32,000 bases of DNA from Acinetobacter wanghuae. Lineage in GTDB: Bacteria > Pseudomonadota > Gammaproteobacteria > Pseudomonadales > Moraxellaceae. Of this stretch, positions 5,923 to 15,029 are shown in pieces. A model generated the notes under the pieces. That model did no database searches. It was given only the letters and a program-made list of their open reading frames with translations, and was not told the DNA's origin. The stretch lies in the NCBI RefSeq assembly GCF_009557235.1, contig NZ_CP045650.1, positions 1,530,001 through 1,562,000 of the forward strand, given 5' to 3'. How positions within the stretch are numbered: position 1 is the first letter of the stretch; each line of letters begins with the position of its first letter. A program made the position numbers and the translations under genes.

Positions 5923-8562
5923 TTAAGACAATTGAGCAGCAGCAATTTTCTTCGTATCAACGTTCGCAGCAGCGTCAGTATAGTCGCCCATTTTGTCGAA
6001 GCTTAAGTATTGATAGATGTCAGCTGACATGCTGTCAATTTGAGCTGCATACTGTTGGTATTCTTCTGGAGTAGGTAATTTACCCAATACAGCAGCAACA
6101 GATGCAAGTTCAGCAGACGCTAAGTAAACATTCGCACCTTGACCTAAACGGTTCGGGAAGTTACGAGTAGAAGTCGATACACAAGTTGTGTTCGGCGCTA
6201 CACGTGCTTGGTTACCCATACATAATGAACAACCTGGCATTTCAGTACGCGCGCCAGCTTTACCATAAATGTTATAGAAACCTTCTTCCATCAATTGACG
6301 TTCGTCCATACGAGTCGGTGGAGCAATCCACAAACGAGTATTTAATACGCCACCAGGAACTTTCTCAAGTAACTTACCAGTTGCACGGAAGTGACCGATG
6401 TTGGTCATACATGAACCAACGAATACTTCATCAATTTTTGTACCAGCAACGTCAGATAACAATTTCGCGTCATCTGGGTCATTCGGGCAGCAAAGAACTG
6501 GTTCAGTGATGGTAGAAAGGTCAATTTCATACACTTTCGTGTATTCAGCATCAGCATCAGCTTTAAGAAGTGATGGGTTCGCTAACCATTTTTCCATGTT
6601 CTCAACACGACGAGCCATAGTACGCGCATCGCCATAACCTTCAGAAATCATCCACTTCAACATAGTGATGTTTGAACGAAGGTATTCAGCAACTTTCTCT
6701 TCAGAAAGTGTGATTGAACAACCAGCAGCTGAACGTTCAGCAGACGCATCAGACAATTCGAATGCTTGCTCAACAGTTAAGTCAGTTTCCATTTCTGTTA
6801 AGTCGATTTCTAGAATACGACCAGAGAAGATGTTTTTCTTACCTTTCTTCTCTACAGTTAAGTCACCTTGCTGAATCGCAACGTAAGGAATTGCATGTAC
6901 TAGGTCACGTAGTGTGATACCAGGCTGCATTTTACCTTTGAACTTAACAAGTACAGATTCAGGCATATCGAGTGGCATAACACCAGTTGCTGCAGCGAAT
7001 GCAACAAGACCAGAACCCGCTGGGAATGAAATACCAATTGGGAAACGAGTATGTGAGTCACCACCAGTACCAACAGTATCTGGAAGAAGCATACGGTTTA
7101 ACCAAGAGTGAATAATACCGTCACCTGGACGTAGTGATACACCACCACGGTTCATGATGAAATCAGGAAGCGAGTGTTGCATTTGAACGTCAACTGGTTT
7201 TGGATACGCAGCGGTATGACAGAATGATTGCATAACAAGGTCAGCAGAGAAACCTAGGCAAGCCAAGTCTTTCAATTCGTCACGTGTCATTGGACCTGTT
7301 GTATCTTGCGAACCAACAGTCGTCATACGAGGTTCACAGTAAGTACCCGGAAGTACACCTTGACCTTCAGGAAGACCACAAGCGCGACCAACCATTTTTT
7401 GTGCTTGAGTGAAGCCTTTACCAGTCGCAGCAGGCTGAACAGGCGTACGGAACAATGTAGAAGGTGCAAGACCTAATTCTTCACGTGCTTTAGTTGTTAA
7501 GCCACGACCAACGATTAAGTTGATACGACCACCGGCACGAACTTCGTCAAGAAGTACAGGAGTTTTAAGATCCGCTTCAGCAATTTGCGCGCCATCTTTA
7601 AATGCAGTTACTTTCGCAGCAGCTTTATCAATCTTAAGTGTGATTTCGTCGCCCATGTTCATGTTGGCAACATCAATCTCGATTGGTAAGGCGCCTGCAT
7701 CTTCCATTGTATTGAAGAAGATTGGAGCAATTTTAGAACCTAGGCAGTAACCACCGTCTTTTTTGTTCGGGATGTGCGCAATGTCATCACCAAAGAACCA
7801 AAGCACAGAGTTTGTTGCAGATTTACGAGATGAACCTGTACCAACAACGTCACCAACGTAAGCCACTTGGTTGCCTTTCGCAACAAGCGCTTTAATTTGG
7901 TTCAATGGACCAACTTCACCTGGTTTTTCAGGGTTGATACCATCACGTTCGTTTTTAAGCATTGCATTTGCGTGCAATGGAATATCTGGACGGCTCCACG
8001 CGTCTTGTGCAGGTGACAAGTCGTCTGTGTTGGTTTCGCCAGTCACTTTGAATACTGTTAATTTGATTTCTTCAGGTACATCTTGACGTGAAGTGAACCA
8101 TTCAGCATCAGCCCAAGACTGAAGAACAGCTTTCGCGTTTGCATTACCTGCTTTCGCTTTATCTGCAACGTCATGGAACGCATCAAATACAAGTAGTGTT
8201 TTCTTCAACGCTTCAGCAGCAAGTTCAGCAAGTTCAGCGTCATCAAGAAGAGCAACTAAAGGCGCAACGTTGTAACCACCAAGCATAGTACCTAGTAAGT
8301 AAACCGCACGTTCTTTAGAAACAAGTGGAGAAGTCGCTTCGCCTTTTGCCAATGCAGCAAGGAATGCAGCTTTTACATATGCAGCTTGGTCAACACCTGC
8401 TGGTACACGGTTTTCAAGCAAATCAACTAAGAATGCTTCTTCACCCGCTGGTGGATTTTTTAATAATTCAACGACTGCTGCAGTTTGTACATCATCAAGT
8501 GGCTTCGGTGGGACCCCGAGTGCGGCACGTTCTGCAACGTGTTGGCGGTAAGCTTCTAGCAC
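5923..8562 (-). CDS. acnB: aconitate hydratase B (bifunctional aconitase 2 / 2-methylisocitrate dehydratase)
   Basis: 879 aa. The N-terminus 'MLEAYRQHVAERAALGVPPKPLD...LLKNPPAGEE' closely parallels E. coli AcnB ('MLEEYRKHVAERAAEGI...') and the length is right. The start is GTG (plus 'cac' at 8560-8562) with an AGAGGA SD. Confidence 0.95.
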   Translation of the reverse strand: MLEAYRQHVAERAALGVPPKPLDDVQTAAVVELLKNPPAGEEAFLVDLLENRVPAGVDQAAYVKAAFLAALAKGEATSPLVSKERAVYLLGTMLGGYNVAPLVALLDDAELAELAAEALKKTLLVFDAFHDVADKAKAGNANAKAVLQSWADAEWFTSRQDVPEEIKLTVFKVTGETNTDDLSPAQDAWSRPDIPLHANAMLKNERDGINPEKPGEVGPLNQIKALVAKGNQVAYVGDVVGTGSSRKSATNSVLWFFGDDIAHIPNKKDGGYCLGSKIAPIFFNTMEDAGALPIEIDVANMNMGDEITLKIDKAAAKVTAFKDGAQIAEADLKTPVLLDEVRAGGRINLIVGRGLTTKAREELGLAPSTLFRTPVQPAATGKGFTQAQKMVGRACGLPEGQGVLPGTYCEPRMTTVGSQDTTGPMTRDELKDLACLGFSADLVMQSFCHTAAYPKPVDVQMQHSLPDFIMNRGGVSLRPGDGIIHSWLNRMLLPDTVGTGGDSHTRFPIGISFPAGSGLVAFAAATGVMPLDMPESVLVKFKGKMQPGITLRDLVHAIPYVAIQQGDLTVEKKGKKNIFSGRILEIDLTEMETDLTVEQAFELSDASAERSAAGCSITLSEEKVAEYLRSNITMLKWMISEGYGDARTMARRVENMEKWLANPSLLKADADAEYTKVYEIDLSTITEPVLCCPNDPDDAKLLSDVAGTKIDEVFVGSCMTNIGHFRATGKLLEKVPGGVLNTRLWIAPPTRMDERQLMEEGFYNIYGKAGARTEMPGCSLCMGNQARVAPNTTCVSTSTRNFPNRLGQGANVYLASAELASVAAVLGKLPTPEEYQQYAAQIDSMSADIYQYLSFDKMGDYTDAAANVDTKKIAAAQLS

Positions 8563-8807
8563 GGTTTATTCCTCTTCTTTAAAAAATTATTTGTAAATTC
8601 CTGCTTTATCAAAGCTTCACAAATAATATGGACTGCTAAATTTTACTAAAATTCCAGTCAAAAGTTAATGCAAGTAAAGTGTTTCTTCGTGATGCTCATT
8701 ATTTTCTAAATAAATGATGCTCATCAGATCTGTTCCGATGTTCGAATCTTGACTGCATTACATACAATACAACCCGATGGCGGGCTTTTTTGACTGAATT
8801 TCACACA

Positions 8808-8833
8808 TAAAAAAGGCAACCTTGATGTTGCCT
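8808..8833 (-). terminator. rho-independent terminator of the 89-aa gene
   Basis: aggcaac-cttgat-gttgcct (8814-8833) with a minus-strand T-run (plus-strand A-run 8809-8814). Confidence 0.65.
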
Positions 8834-8860
8834 GATTTAACTAAAAAAAGATACTCCACC

Positions 8861-9130
8861 TTAGTGGACAGTGGTGGTGCTTAAATGTTGGCTTAAGGCA
8901 TCGCGGCAGCCTTCAAATTTGACCAAACATTGATCTTCAAACAATGAACTATGGTTATGACTGGCAAAGGAAATTTCAACACAGTACAACAATTTTTCTT
9001 GGTCGATGGCATGTTTTAAATAGACTTTATCACCGAGGCTAAGGACATAATGACTTCCCCCAATAATCACCATACTGTCTTCACCTTCTAATAATAAATC
9101 TGAGTGGTAGAGATACCCGACAACGTTCAT
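8861..9130 (-). CDS. hypothetical protein (89 aa)
   Basis: The track ORF is 8861..9175. An internal ATG at 9130 is preceded by AGGAG at 7-nt spacing (…AACAGGAGCATCGCCATG), and the upstream 15 codons are low-complexity Asn. No family recognised. Confidence 0.55.
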   Translation of the reverse strand: MNVVGYLYHSDLLLEGEDSMVIIGGSHYVLSLGDKVYLKHAIDQEKLLYCVEISFASHNHSSLFEDQCLVKFEGCRDALSQHLSTTTVH

Positions 9131-9308
9131 GGCGATGCTCCTGTTATTATTGTTGCATTGAATTTTATTATTCATTATTAAGATAAGTATTTCTATATTT
9201 TAGATTTAGGATTTGTCACAAATTGTTCGTTTAAGCTTAGGCTATTTTACAGATAGGTATAAATATACGAAATAGCAATTTTTATGGCGATTTTTCTTTT
9301 TTTAGCGC

Positions 9309-9334
9309 TAAAAAAACCGTTCCTTAGAACGGTT
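9309..9334 (-). terminator. rho-independent terminator overlapping the stop codon of the 119-aa lipoprotein gene
   Basis: aaccgttc-ctta-gaacggtt (9315-9334). The stop codon (9324-9326) lies in the loop. The minus-strand T-run corresponds to the plus-strand A-run 9310-9316. Confidence 0.65.
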
Positions 9335-9683
9335 TATAATCTGGCATTTCATCGTGTGGTGTTGCAATACACTTCTGAGTAAATTCAGCACGGATCTTTT
9401 CCTGTGCCAATTCGGTATCACCCTTAATCGCGTCTAGCGGCAATGCATACACTTCATCAATAATACCGAGTACAAATTTACGCGTCGTATCATCTTCAAC
9501 TTTGTTGGCATGCTCAATCGCTTTATCTTTGGCAATCGCATTCTGACGATCGAGCATAATTGAACGTGCCGCATTACCCACACTGCGACAGTAACCCTGC
9601 CACTGTTCTTCTGGGGTCAACGGTTTTTTCTCAGCACAGCCCACCAATGCGACCATGACAAATAAAGCAAGTAACTTTTTCAT
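9324..9683 (-). CDS. hypothetical lipoprotein (119 aa)
   Basis: AAGGAG lies 6 nt before the ATG at 9683. Signal peptide plus lipobox: 'MKKLLALFVMVALVG|C'. The track start at 9722 lacks an SD. The mature part is not recognised. Confidence 0.7.
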   Translation of the reverse strand: MKKLLALFVMVALVGCAEKKPLTPEEQWQGYCRSVGNAARSIMLDRQNAIAKDKAIEHANKVEDDTTRKFVLGIIDEVYALPLDAIKGDTELAQEKIRAEFTQKCIATPHDEMPDYKPF

Positions 9684-9789
9684 GAACATCTCCTTACGAT
9701 GGCAATATAAAAGATCCCTCACTATTTGTCATGTAGATTAGCCATTCCCTTACAAACTAAAAGCCTTTCGGAGCTTTTATGCAGATGCT

Positions 9790-10224
9790 TTAACCGCAAT
9801 TGGCTTGAACAATTGTATTGTTAGCAGGATTTACTGTGACAGTCACACGTTCTGCACGATAATCCATGGTCACAGGCTGTCCGGGTTTTACCAAACGAAC
9901 GATTTGAGCCTGCGTCACCGCTTTGATTTGTGCTTCAGTTAAGTTGGACTGCCCGATTAAGGTTTTGGCTTGATCTGCTACACATTCGCTTTGACTAGCA
10001 CGAAACAATGCCCATTCCTCGACCACTTGACCATTTGCAAGATGGCAATAGCCCACTTGCCCATTGGCTTCATTACGAAGTTCAAGTTTGCCACCTTGCT
10101 CCACACAATAGGTACTTGCAGGATTCGCCATGCCAATTTTGGGTGGATTGAGTTCAGTCTGCTGCGCCGTGCTACAACCTGTGATTGAGATGGCGATAGT
10201 CGCCAATAAAAGTAATTTTTTCAT
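9790..10224 (-). CDS. lipoprotein fusing a DUF333-like domain to a peptidase-inhibitor-I78-like domain
   Basis: Lipobox 'ISITG|C'. 'PASTYCVEQGGKLELRNEANGQVGYCHLANGQVVEEWALFR' fits the DUF333 pattern. The C-terminal 'C...AKTLIGQ...VRLVKPGQPVTMDYRAERVTVTVN...I..ANCG' fits the I78 pattern. Confidence 0.75.
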   Translation of the reverse strand: MKKLLLLATIAISITGCSTAQQTELNPPKIGMANPASTYCVEQGGKLELRNEANGQVGYCHLANGQVVEEWALFRASQSECVADQAKTLIGQSNLTEAQIKAVTQAQIVRLVKPGQPVTMDYRAERVTVTVNPANNTIVQANCG

Positions 10225-10414
10225 AATGAAGGCATCTTGATGTAAAAGAAAAACATAACAATTTACGCATCAACATACCAGTGATGTTTCGCAACCATTA
10301 GTGTGAGTCAATATCTCAATGAATAACCAAGGATGTACGTGAGCCTGAAACAATACAGACTGACGCTTTGCTTTTTAATGTGGTTAACAGGGGCATAAAT
10401 AAAAACAGTGCTCC

Positions 10415-10450
10415 ATAAAAAATAAGACCTACATTATGCAGGTCTTATTT
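10415..10450 (-). terminator. rho-independent (bidirectional-looking) terminator of tamB
   Basis: aataagacct-acattatgc-aggtcttatt, flanked by an A-run upstream and a T-run downstream. It lies 13 nt after the tamB stop. Confidence 0.75.
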
Positions 10451-10462
10451 TTAAAGCAAGGA

Positions 10463-13400
10463 CTAGAATCGCCAGTTATAGAACACGTCAACTGCACGCT
10501 CTAAGGCTTGACTCGCTTCTAAGTACAGACGCTGATTCATTTGATAACGTAGAGTTAGTTTATTCACTGGTGTGAACACCCCAACACCATAACGAATAAA
10601 CAAGTCAGGGGTAATATAACCGGTGACTGACACTTGCGTATCATCCCCTGTACCTTGGGCATCTAATGCCAAACCGCTTAAACCAAAGGTTCGTCCAATT
10701 TGATTGGTTAAGGCACGTGTACCGCCCAAGCCCATACTAATGCCGGCTGCTGCAATGGTGTTATTCACATCAGATTTAAAGCCTTCAGCTTGGCTTAAGC
10801 CCGATGAACCTTCATTAATACGTCCTGTGAGCAAAGCATTTAAAGCCTCTTGTTCAGAAAGACCAGCATCGTTATACACTTGAATACTTGGACTCGACGC
10901 AGTCCCTGTGACACGCACACCTACAGTACTGCCTTGTACGGCTTTATTGGCATCAATATCCAGTGTTGGATTGGCAAGCTCACCATTAAAACGTGCAATC
11001 GCACGATTTAGATCAAGACTCTGACCATAGGCTTCAATTTTTACACGTTTCGATACACCAATAGCACCATTAGCACGCATCGCAGTTTCTAAACCACGTT
11101 GCGATAAATTGACCCGACCAATCAGTGGAATACGACTATCAAAGCCTTGGAAGATCACTTGATTCCCCAAACTCACGGCAATATCTGCTCGAATGTCCCA
11201 AGGACGTGCCGCTTTTAAAATCGCAAGTTGATCTTGCCCTTCGTGTACCACACGCACATCAGATGAAACATTGACCACAGGTTGTGATGCTTCAGGCATT
11301 GAAATTAAAGCACGCGGTACCTCGACAGAACCATTTAAACTGAGTCGTTTAAGCATTGGATATAAATCCAATTTTAAATCTGGAGTCACTACAGCGGTAA
11401 TCAGAGGCGCTTGACGAACCAACAAGTTATCACCTTGCAGATGCAACTGTACACGTGGCTCGCCTTTCCAATCGACATTACCGGTGAGTTTACCGACACC
11501 GCGACCACTATTAAACGCACCATTAATACTTGCCGTGTTTTGACGTACTGATGAATATAACTGCACATTGGTCAAATTGACCGGCAGTGAAATCATGCTA
11601 ATGACGCCATCTTTTAAGCGAATTTCACCTTCCATTAGAGGATTGGTCAACGTACCACTAATTTTACCGGCATAAGACAAGGTACCATCTAAAGTACGTA
11701 CATCTTGAATAAAGGGTTTAAAGACCTTGAGTTGGACTTGGTTAAAGGCAATTTCACCGCGCATCGGTTTACTGTCTTTATAGGGATCAATAATGACATT
11801 GGCATAGCCTGTCCCCATGCTTGGTGCTTTGACATCCAAACGAATTTGCAAACCATCGGTCACACTTTTTGCGACCAATCCAACTTCTTCATAAGACAAT
11901 GTTGAAGCGACAGCATCTGGATCCTCAGCCGATAACCCGACCACACCATTACGCGTAACCAATCGCGCATCAATTTTTGGTTTTTGTCCTTTTGCCCATG
12001 CTGCTTTGGCATAACCATTCACTTTACCCGTAATGGCTAAACCTTCTGGCATAAAGGCACTAAAGTCGTTTAAATCTAAGTTTTGCGTTAAGAACGATAC
12101 ATTGCCACGAGTTTTATTCACACGAATGGGTTGATCGAAACACAATTGACTTTGTTGGCTCATCCAACAGTGCGCGCCAATAAACAAATCCGATTGGGCG
12201 GTGTTATAGATCACCGATGCATTTTGACGCTGTACTAAGCGAGTACGCAATGAATCAAAATCACCTTTTTGAATTTGTCCCAGCCAATTGTTTTGTGCAT
12301 TAAAGCCACCTGCCAACTGGACAAAGAATTTTGACAGTTGATTTTCGGCTTGAACTTTTAAAATGTGTGCAGCACGCGTACCTGCTAAAGAAATTTCACC
12401 TTTGACAATTTCACGATCACCACTTCGCAATTGATCCATACGAGCGGTTAATAATGTCGGTGTGGTTTCTGATGTTGGCAACTGACCTTGTACCCGAATT
12501 TTTTTGATACTTAACACATTATTAAATGCAAAATTATCTACAGACAAATTAGCGGAAGCACGTAAGCGTGGTTTGGCTTGTACATTCACATAACCCTGCG
12601 CACGACCACGCAAACCCGGATACAATTCAAATAATGCCGGTGCATTCAGTTTCAACTGTAAATTTTGTGCATTGCCTGACGCTTGTAGTTGATTGGTGGC
12701 ATAAGACAACATTAAGTTATTGGCTTCAAATTGCTGCGGTACAAAACCATTGCCGTTGTCATGAATGAGTACCGACAAATTACCCGTACCACGGACAGGT
12801 TTGTTATTGAGCATACCTGCCAAATTCAAACGTTCAATTTGAATGCGTTTAACTTGATCTGACCAAAGTCCTTTGGTGAAGACATTGCCTGACAATTCAC
12901 CTTTAACACTTGAGACAAAATATTGCGGCTTAAAGCGAATAAGTGATGCTTTGACATCCCAACCGATGCCCTTAGCTAGATTAACCACCCCTGATGCATT
13001 AATTTTCCCTGCCACGCCATCATGGCGTAACTCGGCAATCTTTAACAATTCAGGCGTACCCGACATGCGGACTTTAAGCAAACCTTGGCTAGCTTTGAGT
13101 TGTGATGCATTTAAGCTGCCATCATAATTGACTGCATAGCCTTTAAAACCACCGCCTTGTTTTTCATCATGGAATAAAAGTGCCGCAGTCCCCGCACCAG
13201 TCAAACGAATCGATTCTTTTGAATCTGCCATTTTTCCAGTTAAGTTCACACCGTTGAATTGAATAATTTGCTGATTCGGTTTGGCATAACCATTGGCTTT
13301 GATTTGACCATTGAGTAAATCAACAGGCGATGCAGCAGCAAAACTTTGTGGATTTAAATTTTGTGCATTGAGGACGGCATTCCATTTGAGTTGACGCTTT

Positions 13401-14995
13401 TCATCTGGCAAGTTCACCACGGCGTTACCGATTAAGCTGCCTTGATCTGCCTGATAATGAAAACTCGGCACATTTAAAATATTATTTTTTAGCTTCAGTT
13501 GGGCTTTATACATGCCCGCTGGCAATGCGCCTTGATCATTCTTTTTCACTTTGGTGGCAAGACCAATATCTTGCTGCCCTTCAAGCAATGCTAAGGTGAC
13601 ATCACCAGATTCGCTCGATAGCCAACCCACATATGGCACAGCACGATCAATATTTTTCCATGCAACATCAAGCAACATTGGCTCGGCTTTTTTGCCTTTG
13701 GCTTCTTTTTGATCGAGTTTTACATTCCATGTCTCGTAGCGATCAAAGTCAACCAATGCATTCAGATGTAGACCATTTTCGAGTTGACCTTGTGAGGCGA
13801 TTTTACCGTCTAAACTCTTGGGTAAGAAATCTTGCACCACTTGCGGAATGACTTTGTCTTTGGGATTCAGTCGATCCATGCGTCCTTGAATATCCCAAGT
13901 GACACGCTCATTCCAACCCACCACACCAGCAAGACTCACGCTACCATCCATCACTTGACCATTAAAGTCAGTAATATTCAGCTGGTTGGTTAAGTCAGTA
14001 TGCATAATCGCGTTGTACTGACCTTGTGGAATATTCTCACCACTTAAGTCGGTATTTAGATTTAAATCGAGGCGTTTAATATCCCCTTTAAATTCTGCCA
14101 CACCGTCTTTTGACCATAATTTTTGTTCGGTCAGAATCGGCCAATGATAATCTTTGAATTTTAATGCACCAAACATCGGTACATCAGGACGCATTGGATG
14201 CACCACTGCCCAACCGGTCAATAGATCTGGAGTTTGTGTTGCCACACCTGCTTGAATGGTATCTAAAGAGCCTTGGGCATAAATATGAATATCACGTACA
14301 TTTAGACTGTCATTCAGTGAAGGTAAGTTTACGATACCTGTGGCATTCAATGGATATTTACCTTCGAACACCATTTTACCGTTGGCTTCACGCAGCGATA
14401 AATAGCCCATATCCATGCGGCTATCTTCAAAGGTCAGTTCAGTACCCGACCATAAACCTTCATGGATTTCCACATCATTAAATTCCACCTCTGAACTATG
14501 CGTTTGAATCGCTAAGTGATCCAAATCAAGATGATCAACACGCAAGATAAATGGCAGTTTAATGGTATTAAATTTAAAGGGCTCATCACTTGGCGGGGTT
14601 TTGGTGACAATTCTTAAATTACGCACATCCGCTTCATTCAGATGAATTTCTTTATCTAAAATTGCGCGCCACCCTAATGTCACATCGGCACGGTCAATTT
14701 TGACATCCACTGATGCTAAGGTCACCAAGACATTTTTCAGGATAATACCCCGCCACAAATTACCACCTTCATATTCATAATGAATAATTTGCTGACGTTG
14801 TAGCACTTGATCGAGTAAAAACTTACTGCCTTTATCGGTCGAGAACATCACAGCCAATGCGGCAAGCAAAAACACCACCGAAAACAGCACAGAGAATAAA
14901 ATACTCCTCAGAATACGGCGCTGTTTCGGGACAGCGGTATTTTCAGGCGCTACTTCTGTTTGCTCTTGTTGTGGCTGTTGGTTCTCGTCGACCAT
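10463..14995 (-). CDS. tamB: translocation and assembly module protein TamB (DUF490 family)
   Basis: 1510 aa. It has an N-terminal signal-anchor helix ('ILFSVLFSVVFLLAALAVMF'), a long beta-rich body, and the typical C-terminus '...YITPDLFIRYGVGVFTPVNKLTLRYQMNQRLYLEA...'. It lies immediately downstream of tamA. Confidence 0.9.
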   Translation of the reverse strand: MVDENQQPQQEQTEVAPENTAVPKQRRILRSILFSVLFSVVFLLAALAVMFSTDKGSKFLLDQVLQRQQIIHYEYEGGNLWRGIILKNVLVTLASVDVKIDRADVTLGWRAILDKEIHLNEADVRNLRIVTKTPPSDEPFKFNTIKLPFILRVDHLDLDHLAIQTHSSEVEFNDVEIHEGLWSGTELTFEDSRMDMGYLSLREANGKMVFEGKYPLNATGIVNLPSLNDSLNVRDIHIYAQGSLDTIQAGVATQTPDLLTGWAVVHPMRPDVPMFGALKFKDYHWPILTEQKLWSKDGVAEFKGDIKRLDLNLNTDLSGENIPQGQYNAIMHTDLTNQLNITDFNGQVMDGSVSLAGVVGWNERVTWDIQGRMDRLNPKDKVIPQVVQDFLPKSLDGKIASQGQLENGLHLNALVDFDRYETWNVKLDQKEAKGKKAEPMLLDVAWKNIDRAVPYVGWLSSESGDVTLALLEGQQDIGLATKVKKNDQGALPAGMYKAQLKLKNNILNVPSFHYQADQGSLIGNAVVNLPDEKRQLKWNAVLNAQNLNPQSFAAASPVDLLNGQIKANGYAKPNQQIIQFNGVNLTGKMADSKESIRLTGAGTAALLFHDEKQGGGFKGYAVNYDGSLNASQLKASQGLLKVRMSGTPELLKIAELRHDGVAGKINASGVVNLAKGIGWDVKASLIRFKPQYFVSSVKGELSGNVFTKGLWSDQVKRIQIERLNLAGMLNNKPVRGTGNLSVLIHDNGNGFVPQQFEANNLMLSYATNQLQASGNAQNLQLKLNAPALFELYPGLRGRAQGYVNVQAKPRLRASANLSVDNFAFNNVLSIKKIRVQGQLPTSETTPTLLTARMDQLRSGDREIVKGEISLAGTRAAHILKVQAENQLSKFFVQLAGGFNAQNNWLGQIQKGDFDSLRTRLVQRQNASVIYNTAQSDLFIGAHCWMSQQSQLCFDQPIRVNKTRGNVSFLTQNLDLNDFSAFMPEGLAITGKVNGYAKAAWAKGQKPKIDARLVTRNGVVGLSAEDPDAVASTLSYEEVGLVAKSVTDGLQIRLDVKAPSMGTGYANVIIDPYKDSKPMRGEIAFNQVQLKVFKPFIQDVRTLDGTLSYAGKISGTLTNPLMEGEIRLKDGVISMISLPVNLTNVQLYSSVRQNTASINGAFNSGRGVGKLTGNVDWKGEPRVQLHLQGDNLLVRQAPLITAVVTPDLKLDLYPMLKRLSLNGSVEVPRALISMPEASQPVVNVSSDVRVVHEGQDQLAILKAARPWDIRADIAVSLGNQVIFQGFDSRIPLIGRVNLSQRGLETAMRANGAIGVSKRVKIEAYGQSLDLNRAIARFNGELANPTLDIDANKAVQGSTVGVRVTGTASSPSIQVYNDAGLSEQEALNALLTGRINEGSSGLSQAEGFKSDVNNTIAAAGISMGLGGTRALTNQIGRTFGLSGLALDAQGTGDDTQVSVTGYITPDLFIRYGVGVFTPVNKLTLRYQMNQRLYLEASQALERAVDVFYNWRF

Positions 14996-15029
14996 GATGT
15001 TCCTAAATAACTAAATTTTTATAAACGTA

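Noticed and set aside
6186-8582. Series of + strand ORFs (65-107 aa) inside acnB
   Set aside because: They are antisense to a confidently identified, full-length acnB. Their translations are low-complexity with no SD and no motifs. These are typical shadow ORFs.
8740-8748. tRNA T-loop-like 'GTTCGAATC' motif
   Set aside because: The flanking bases do not form a T-stem (cgatg vs cttga), and no acceptor or anticodon arms can be drawn. This is not a tRNA or a tRNA fragment I can support.
11705-14481. + strand ORFs (66-105 aa) inside tamB
   Set aside because: They are antisense shadow ORFs within a continuous 1510-codon gene, with no independent signals.
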